Shown: piece by piece, positions 26,537 to 36,300 of the stretch | Numbering within the stretch: the stretch's first letter is position 1 | How the letters are laid out: each line of letters starts with the position of its first letter | IMG/VR virus record: IMGVR_UViG_3300017912_003267 | Source of the DNA: an uncultured virus (IMG/VR IMGVR_UViG_3300017912_003267) | Taxonomy: Duplodnaviria; Heunggongvirae; Uroviricota; Caudoviricetes | Direction: 5' to 3' (one strand) | DNA: 64,000 nt | Notes under the pieces: model-generated | Database searches by the model: none | Told to the model about the DNA's origin: nothing | What the model saw: only the letters and a program-made list of their open reading frames with translations | Translations under genes and position numbers: made by a program

Positions 26537-26601
26537 CTCAATGGTAGAGCAACGCTTTTGTAAAGCGTAGGTTGTCCGTTCAAATCGGATCGGGGGCTCC
26601 A
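26527..26601 (+). tRNA. tRNA-Thr(TGT) with encoded CCA
   Basis: GCCCCTG/CGGGGGC acceptor, ACGCT-TTTGTAA-AGCGT anticodon arm. Confidence 0.93.
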
Positions 26602-26684
26602 GTCGGTATGGCGGAATTGGTAGACGCGCTGGGTTTAGGTTCCAGTGTCTTTATGACGTGGAGGTTCAAGTCCTCTTACCGACA
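26602..26684 (+). tRNA. tRNA-Leu(TAG)
   Basis: GTCGGTA/TACCGAC acceptor, CTGG-GTTTAGGTT-CCAG arm, long variable arm. Confidence 0.92.
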
Positions 26685-26701
26685 TATATAAAACGAAAAA
26701 A

Positions 26702-27391
26702 ATGATATCAGTAATTGACAATTCTGTACCATTTGATATAGTTAATATAATTGGTGAAATGGTATTTGACCCAAAATTTACTTGGCAAATGCCTACAGGT
26801 GGGTTTTCCACGGTGTCATTAGATTATGACAAAGAAAAATCATTCAAAAATCAAAGAGTCATTGATTCTGCTCAATTAGTACACTCTTTGATAATTAGAG
26901 ATGAAATACGGTGCCCATTATTTCACCTTTTTTCAATTTTAATTAATTATTCCCTAAAATATGAATTTGGGAAAATAAATGACGATTTTCATATTCATAG
27001 GTCAAAATTAAACTTGATGACTAGAGATCTGTTGCCAGATCCTAATAAAGACTATCATAATCCACCACATGTAGATCCAACTTTTGCTGATGACACGGAT
27101 CGACATGATATATCAATGTTATATTATGTCAATAGTTCTGATGGTGATACTTGGTTTTTCAATGATGAACTGGGTTTTGATGTAGTAAAAAAAGTTTCTC
27201 CAAAGCAAGGTAGGGTTGTTATATTTGATGCTCACCATTTTCATGCTAGTTCGCCACCAAAAAATTCTACTGCTAGGGTTGTCTTAAATGTCAATCTCAC
27301 TTGTCCTTACACCTTGACTGAGGTGTATAAATACAAAGAAGAAGAAGACAAACCTAGGTTCGGCGCTAATTATGGCTCTTACAAGACTTGA
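26702..27391 (+). CDS. 2OG-Fe(II) oxygenase
   Basis: PHVD (HxD), LYYVNSSDGDTWFF, FHASSPP, RVVLNVN. Confidence 0.87.
   Translation: MISVIDNSVPFDIVNIIGEMVFDPKFTWQMPTGGFSTVSLDYDKEKSFKNQRVIDSAQLVHSLIIRDEIRCPLFHLFSILINYSLKYEFGKINDDFHIHRSKLNLMTRDLLPDPNKDYHNPPHVDPTFADDTDRHDISMLYYVNSSDGDTWFFNDELGFDVVKKVSPKQGRVVIFDAHHFHASSPPKNSTARVVLNVNLTCPYTLTEVYKYKEEEDKPRFGANYGSYKT
27326..27333 (+). promoter_or_regulatory. Late promoter for the giant structural gene
   Basis: Perfect TATAAATA 38 nt upstream of ATG 27372. Confidence 0.85.
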
Positions 27392-30300
27392 TAATCTGTA
27401 CTCAAGTAAGACTGGAAAATACTTATATGTATCTCCAGACGACTTTAATGCTACTGATGAACTAGACAATAGGGGCAATAGTCCTTTACGTCCATTTAAA
27501 ACTATCCAGAGAGCCTTTATTGAAGTAGCGAGATATTCATTCCTACCCGCCGAAAACGGTAGATCTACACCAGATAGATTTGATCAATTTAGCATCATGT
27601 TGATGCCTGGTGATCACTATATTGATAATCGTCCTGGACTAAGAACTCTTACTTCTGCTGGTAATGATAAGCAACGCTATTATAATGCAAAAGAATTAAT
27701 TACAGCGAACCGTCAGGAAATTATTGACCGTGCTTTTGGTCAAATTGTCATTGATTATGATGAATCTGCCTGGGGTACAGATTGGGTAGTTCCTGGTGAT
27801 GAGGTTCTTCCTAATGGATCTCCTGACCCTCTACGTAGGGGTCAGTCTGCGTATCGTTTGATCCAGAAAAACAAAGAATTTATTCAGGCAAGAGCAGTTG
27901 GTCAACTTACTATTGACTATACTGAAGGTCAAACAAACGGTCTTTTTGCTAATGATTGGGTTATTCCTGGTGACACTGCTTTAGGAATTGATACTTTTAA
28001 TAGAAGAGCATCTGCTTATCGTTTGATTCTTAAGAATAAGACAGATATTGTCAATTCTTCCTGGGAATTTATGAATTCTCAGTATCCAGAATTTACTTCC
28101 GTACAAACTAAGTGTAAGCGTGATATTGGATACTGGGTAGAGCATTTTGCTTTAGATGTTCTTTTTGGTGGCAATAAGTTCACTGATATTTTCACCAGAA
28201 CTTATTTTAATGAAGAAGGAACAGCAATTCTTCAGAATGCTATTGATTTAACTAATGCCAATGAAAAGACAGCAACATTATTGGCAATGGTTCATGCCAG
28301 TAATCTTTCTGCTGGTGTTATTACTAACAGAGCTCACCCATCGGCAAGTCAAAATGTTAACGTAAGCTTACAACCCGTTGCTAATCTCTCCAATGTTGTT
28401 GATGTCAGTGGTTGGTACTATGATCCTAATATAACAGCAGATCCAACTAAGTCTAACAATTATACTGTGGATAGTTGTTCTACGATTAGAACTACTATTG
28501 ATAATTTGTTCACTATTTTATATGACGCTATTGTCGCTGAAAACACTTCAACTCTGGATAGTTTACCAGAGAGCAGTTATGATGTTGGTATTGGTACATC
28601 TAAGTGCTATCGTGATGTTGGTTTCTATATCGACGGTATTTCTTTAGACATTGTACAAGGTGGTGGCAATCGTTATACTAGAAAGTATATTCAAAACTAC
28701 TTCAATGCTGAGGGAAGCGGATGGGTAGATGATGGTTTACAAGGTGAAGAACTTCAATCTAAAATTGTTTTTGATCAAGCAGTTTCTTTGATGAAAGAAG
28801 CCGTATCCAATCAACTTGGATATAAAGACTTTACTCTAACTCATGATCCTGCTGGAACTGGATCTGGTACTGATTACGATCCAAATTCTTGTTCTGGTGT
28901 CAAAAATACTATTGATACCTTATCAGCACTTATTGAAACATATTTTCTTCAGGGAACACTTGATGGATTCCCCGAAGAAACTACTTCTGATGTGGGTCCT
29001 GGAGAATCTAAGTGTAAGCGTGACCTTGGATATTTACTTGATGCTATTGCTGCTGACCTCCCCAATGGTGGTAATGGCAGTGTAATTAATTTTGTTAAAG
29101 CGTATTTTGATAAGAATGGTCTTCAAATTACTGATGGTCTCTTAGGAGAAGAAGCACAGTCGGTAATCGCTTTCAATGCCGCTGGCAAGTATATAAAGCA
29201 AGCGATCACGAACCAACTATATTCTAAAGACCTTACTATCCTTCCTGGTCCTGCTAGATATTCTGGATACGAAACTAACGAACCAACTGTCCCGAATTTA
29301 CCATCTGGTAACTCAGCTACATGTGTCGATGTACAAGATGCTGTTGATAGTTTAATTGGTATTGTAACCACAGTATTTACTGAAGGAAATCTAGATTCTC
29401 TATCTCAAATTCAGGTAACTGGTGACATTCCTGTATTTAATTTCAATAGAGCAATCGATGAGTGGCAAGACAACAGTATTTTAGATCTTTCTAACCCAGA
29501 CAATGTTCTCTACAAATTCAATGCTCCTGATGGCGGCGCTATTGTCCCTAGAGGTTGTTCTCTTATTGGTTATGACCTTCGTCGTACCATCGTTCGTCCT
29601 CTATATGTTCCTGATCCCATTGACGGAACCCAAGAAAGAACATCAATCTTCAATCTAACTGGTGGTTGTTATCTATGGCAGTTTACCATCAAAGATGGTG
29701 ATCTATCTTCTAATTCTCCTCTATTTGACAACACTGCTGGTGTTGGTAAAGTATATTATCAGAAAGGTAATAATACTGCTCTAGCAATTCCCGAGTATTC
29801 TCACCATAAGATCACTATCATGACTTATGCTGATACTACGGATCTACAAATCTATTATGATAAGGTCGCTAGAGCATTCTCCCTTTTCCAACCTACTATT
29901 GATGATGGTGATTTTGAACAATTACCTCAGGAAAATAGAATTGTTGGACCTTTGTCTGACACTAGAAGTATCACTAATTTAAGGTTAACTGGTCAAACTG
30001 CTAGTGGTCAAACTATCATTAGGGCTACTACAAAAACAGCACATGGTTATTTTACAGATCAATATGTTGCTGTTATTGATAATGGTTTAGATAGTAGATT
30101 AAACGGAACATTCAAAGTTACTAATGTATTTGAATTGGATCCCAAACAATTTGAATATATTGTTGATGTAACGCCACAACAATTAGGACTGGATATCAAT
30201 GATACTGGATATTCTATCCCCGATTTGAATGTAAGTGCTAGAGTACAGGCAGAAATTGACTCTGTTGAGTCTGCCTCTCCATATGTCTTTAACTGCTCCA

Positions 30301-33300
30301 TCAGATCCACCTGGGGTCAGTGTGGTATGTGGGCAGATGGATCTAAGGCAACTGGATTCAAGTCGATGGTTGTGGCTCAATATACTGGAGTTTCTCTTCA
30401 GAAAGATGACCGTGCCTTCATCCGCTATGATGAGTTTAGCAATACCTGGAACCAGGCATCTTTACAGGATGCTTTTGGTACTACAGCGTATCATACAAAG
30501 GGTGATGCTTATTGGAAGGATGACTGGAGAAACTTCCACATCCGTGCTTCTGATGACTCTTTCATCCAGTGTGTTTCGGTCTTCGCTGTTGGTTTCTTCG
30601 ATCACTTCTTAATGGAGTCTGGTGGTGACATGTCCATCACCAACTCAAACTCCAACTTTGGTAATACATCACTTCACTCTATTGGTTATAAAGGATTTGC
30701 TTTTAACCAGGACAAAGGTGGTTATATTACATCCATGGTTCCTGTTAAGGCTGTTGATGATACTGATTTTAATAAAGTTTCTCTTAAATATTATCCTCTA
30801 TCAAATCAGGCGACTAAAGACCAAGGTGCTTCTCAAGATAAACTATATTACTCTGGAGATGATGTATATTCTCCATTTACCAAACCAGCTACATCTATTG
30901 AAGGTTACCGATTAGGTTCTAAGACAGATGATTTTATTTCCCTAAAACTACCTAAATCGGGTGGTGGAACAGATATCTATACAGAAACACTTTATCCAAC
31001 AGGTTTCAAGAGATATACTGCTGCTTTAGAAACACTCAATCCAGATAGCGTAAATATCAACAATAATGCTCAAGACGCTGCTAATTTAATTGAAGCAAAC
31101 AAAGCATTTATTCAAAGTGAAGCATACAAATATATTATTACTCGCTATCCTGAAATTCAAAGTAAGGAAAGCATTACAATTGAAAAATGTGAGCGAGATA
31201 TTGGTTATGTTGTTGATGCTGTTATCCGAGATTTAAGAGTCGGTGGTAACATTAACACTATTAAAGCAGCTGAAGGTTACTTTGTTGGTGGAACACTTTC
31301 TTATATTGATGGAGAATTTAACGAGTCTATTGAAGCATACGAGTATGTAAGAAATCTCGTTATTGCTGCTATGAGAAACTTTGATATTCTCATCAGGAAT
31401 CCAGTAGTAGACCAAAATTCATCAATTATTAATGTTGGTGATACGTCTGGACTATTAGTTGGTATGACTGTTAAGCAGTATGAATATACTGATACTGCTA
31501 ATGGAGATCCAGCGGCAACTGCTAACTTTACTAATGGCAGATTGAGATATGAAGGTATTGGTGATTGGGTGTTCCCTGTTGACACTGGCGCGGTAATTGC
31601 TGGTGATGTCTATATTAGGAGAATTGTTGACTCGGAAAGAATTGAGATTGGTAATAGTGCTCCAGTTTTATCTACTAATAATGGTATTTTAGAAGCAACA
31701 TATGGATCAGCAATTTTACCAATTGGTTCTACTAGTAGTGGGGCATATTTCCATTTCACATTCCCATTCACTTCTTCACAAACTGATGATCCCGATACTT
31801 TAGTTGGTGGATTTACTGATATTAACCCAGTAAGAGATAGTGAAGTTTTACAAGACACTACAGCATGGTTAGGTTCTGATCCTGATGTGTATCCAGAGTG
31901 TGCTGGTATTGCCACACAAATTACACAGAACTATTTTGATCAGTTCTTCCTAATTCTTAATAATGGATTGACTCCTTTGGGAGGTACTGAGGTTGATGCT
32001 TACAACTTATTAACTGGCAATAAGAACTTTATCTCAGAAGAAGCATATGCTAGAATGCTTGCTGATCCTGGCATCAATGCTGCTTTTGTTCCTACTTTAG
32101 GTGCTAGTAACTGGAAAGCAAGAATTGTCTCCATGGTTGAGGCAATGGCTTATAATATTAAGTATGGTGGAACTAATCGAGTATATGATGAAATTATTGG
32201 ATATGTAACTAATCCTGGGCAAATTACAGGGGAAAGAACCGAATTAGTTCAACTTTATGTTGAAGCTAGAGATATTGCTATCAAAGTAATGAGAAACTTT
32301 GATATTGCTGGTGCTGGCGAACTAGAAGGATCTCATGGTTTAACACAATTTATTGACAATAGAATCCTTGGTGATGCTTCTGGTCAACCTGGGGTGTATG
32401 ATTATAGCAATGATTGTGCTGACATTGCTTCTCAAATTACAGTTTTCACTGCTTATGCCACACAATCTATTGGAACTAATGCTGACACTGGAGATGTAAA
32501 TGGTATTCCTGATACAGAACCAGCGTTTACAGTTGCCAGCCGTATTGAACCCCAGATAGATACTGTTAATCTTGCTGCTAGAGCAACTCTATTCAATATT
32601 GACACTGGTGCTGCTACATCTAATCCACATTATTTTGAAACTGGAACTCCTGTAAGACTTGTTCCTAGAATTAGATCGGGAGTTGATCCTAATTCTGTTG
32701 ATAAGCGTGTTATTAGACTTCCAAAAGGATTTGACACTAATACTATCTACTATGTTATTGCTCCTGGTAGAACTACACAACCAGAAGATTATTCTGATGG
32801 TGTAACGTATCCAAATACATTTACTTCTCAGCAAACAACTAAGTTGATGCTGGCAACTACGAAGGAAAATGCTGCTGCTGGTATTTACATGTATTCTCCA
32901 GAGACTGAATCTGTAGACTACAATGTACAAATTGATCTTTATCAGTATGTGCTTGATGAGTCATATAGACTACATCAATATCTCTGTAATTTTGAGTCTG
33001 GTCAGTCTAATGTTATTAGAACTGATGTTCCACACATCTTTGACATTCCTGGTACAGCTGATCATGTCCAAGAAATTTTCTTTAGAACATTTGGGGATAA
33101 TTCTACTTTACCAGAACTTCCTAATGGAGACACGGTAAATCCAAACACCATTTACTACGCTCGTTACGTTAATGAGAAGTCATTTAGTGTACATGCTACT
33201 GCTGCCGATGCTGTTGCTGGAACACCTACGATCACTTTTAATACAGGAACAGAATCCGTTCCTATTGGACAAAACTTCTATGTATTTGCTAATAAGAGAG

Positions 33301-36300
33301 AATCTCCTGTAAAATTTGATCCTACTAGAAATGATTCTGGTAAACTACCTGATTTACAAGAAACACTAACTGGTCAGTGGTATATTCAAGTTAAGAGAGA
33401 TTATAACCAAGGCAATACTGTTCCTGGGGATCCAACTAAAAACATCATTGCCAGGATGCAAGAAATTGGAGATTCTCTCAAGGACTCCAGATCTAAGAAT
33501 ACTTTCTACGAAAGACTTGAAGATGATAGATCAGCACTTGATAGAATCTATCGTCTTCGTTATGTTATTCCAAAACATGCTACTGGTGTTCGTGATCCGC
33601 TTAACGGATTCGTACTTAAGCAAAGAACTGACTCTACTAGAAGATTAGTACCACAAAGGATTGTTCTTAAACCTATTTCTGGAGAATCTCCAAATCGTGC
33701 TTTCTTCCAAGTTCCATATACTACTGCTTCTGGATCTGGTCAGCAAGCACAATTAGGTTTAACTACATCTGAATTAGCAGCTGCTGGAGTAGAACTATCT
33801 TCGTTTACTTATGATCCATATAAGTCCGATTCTGTCAAAATAGTTACTTCGGATAGAACTGATTCTAAAGTTGCCTTTAGCATTCAGTCTGCTAGAACTT
33901 TATCTGATAGTGGTTATCTAGAACTAACAGTATTTGATCATACAATTACTGATGATGCTGTTAGAAATGAGCAGTTTATTACTGTTAAGATTTCTGCTCC
34001 ACAAGGTGGATCTTTTAGGTTCAATACTTCAGAAAACAATGACCTCAACAAAATTCTTTGGAATGGATTTGCTAGTGGTTCTGGATATGTTCAGGGTTAC
34101 TTTAGTCCAGATGGAACTGATGAACACTATTTAATTCTAAAAGAACTCGAAGAAAATAATGAAGAAAGGGAGACGGTTGAATACAATCCTATTGTATCGA
34201 CAACTCTATTCCAATCTGTACTTGATGCTGATAATGACCCAGTATATGATGCCAATGGCAATCAAGAGTTAATTTTCGCTACGTTACTTGCCAAGCAAGA
34301 CAGCATCGGATCTCCTAATTTATCTCTTGCTAAATCTCTCAAGGAAGACTATCTCTATAGTGATAAAGAGACTAACGTCTTCACCATGACTCCTGGTGAT
34401 GTAATTAGAGACGACGCTACCAATGAATATGAAATTATTAGTGTTGAAGATGTTGGTGAACTTGAAGATACTTTCTATATCTTCGATGTTGAAGAAATTA
34501 AACGTCGTATTCCTAATCAGCAAGAAGGTGTCTATTATCTAACTTGTATTAAGGGTAATATTTCTCCTTATCCTACTGGAACTGGAGTTGGTGATAACTT
34601 CAAAAACTTTAAGTTCTCACAACCTATTTCACAACTGTATCCTATCAACTACAAGAATGATCCTCTTTGGTTCCAGGTACGTGCTCTATATGATGCCACT
34701 CCAAATGATACTAGTTATGATAATCAAATTTTAGATCCTCCAGCAACTGTTTGTGCTGCTGATAACTTTATTCATGGTCTTGTAACAACTAACGATTACA
34801 AGTACAATACTACTAAAGAGGTTATGCTTGATCTTGTCAAGAACCCCGCTTTAAGTAGATATGAATATACTACCAATTCTATTAAAGCACAGACAGGTAA
34901 CGCTGCTTCTGGTTCTGAAGATCGTCAGATTCCTATTGCTGGTGATTCTGAATACCCAACAGAGCAAAGACTATATCTAGAACTACGTCGTCCTTCGATT
35001 GCTAGATCTGGTAACCATACGTTTGAATATCTTGGTTTCGGTCCTGGTAACTACTCTACTGGTTTCCCACTTCGCCAAGAAGTTGTTCTTGAAGACATTC
35101 AAGACTTCTATGCTCAGGCAAAGCGTGAAGACGGCGGTATTGTCTTCTATACGGGTTTAAACTCTAATGGTGATCTTTATATCGGTAACAAGAAGATCAA
35201 CGCTATTACAGGTGAAGAGACGTTCCTTGAACAAGCTGTTTTAAATGAATCTGATGACGAGGATGATGATGTCGGTGGTCTCGTCACCACATTTGAACTT
35301 CCTGTAGTATTTGAACAGGAAATTACTGTAGATGGTGATGCTCTATTCAATAATCCAGTTACGATTAACGTTGATTCTGATGAGGATAATGCCTTAACAG
35401 TTATTTCTAATGTTGATACTGCAACTGGTGGTGACATCACTTTAGATTCACAGAATTTTACAACCAGCACAATTCCTTCTCAAGGTAATATCGTTTTACA
35501 TAAGAACGAAATCTATGCTGGTGTTTATAGATTCAACCCAAGAGGTTCTACCACATTAACAGGTCAGAACTATAGTGTTAGAACACATGTTAATTCTCAA
35601 ACTACACCTACAAATGCTACACCAAATCAAGATGGTGTTTTAGGCATTCAAGTTTCCTTTGGAAGTTTCCAGGGTCAAGCAATTGATCCTCTGTCTGGTG
35701 ACATCCTACTTAAGGGTGCTAAAGTTGGCAGAAGAGGTTCATTGGGTTGGATATTTGCTAATGATTATGAAAATAAAAATAGCAATATTGAAGAACTTGA
35801 AGCTGCTACTGATGTTGGATTAAATGCCGTTCGCTTCTTCATGGCAACTGGATCTGATACAGTCAGTGAAGGTTTAGTAGCTGGTAAAATTGTTAGAATC
35901 AGTGGATTTGGATCTCCATTTGCTAATCTTAACGGTATTCGTGAAATTGTTTCTAATACAGGAAGCTCTTTCATCGTCAATTCTCCATTTGTTGTTAATG
36001 CTCCTGCTACTAAATTCTCCCTAGAATCTGTTAATGGTACTAACGAGACAGCGACAGTAGAACTTTCTAATAGTAAGTGGAGAGAGTTTGGTGTATTGGG
36101 TGCCGAAACATTAAGAACAGATACCACGACCATTGGTAATTATGCTCTAGGCATCAACACTCTTGCTAGAACAAATCATGCTGATTATCAAGAAGGATTT
36201 ACTTCTGATCTAGCACAACCAAGAGCGACATTGGATGTTGTTGGTATTGCTTGGATTAGTGGTAGAGAACTTGATCTAGATGATTACAGTTCTGATACTC

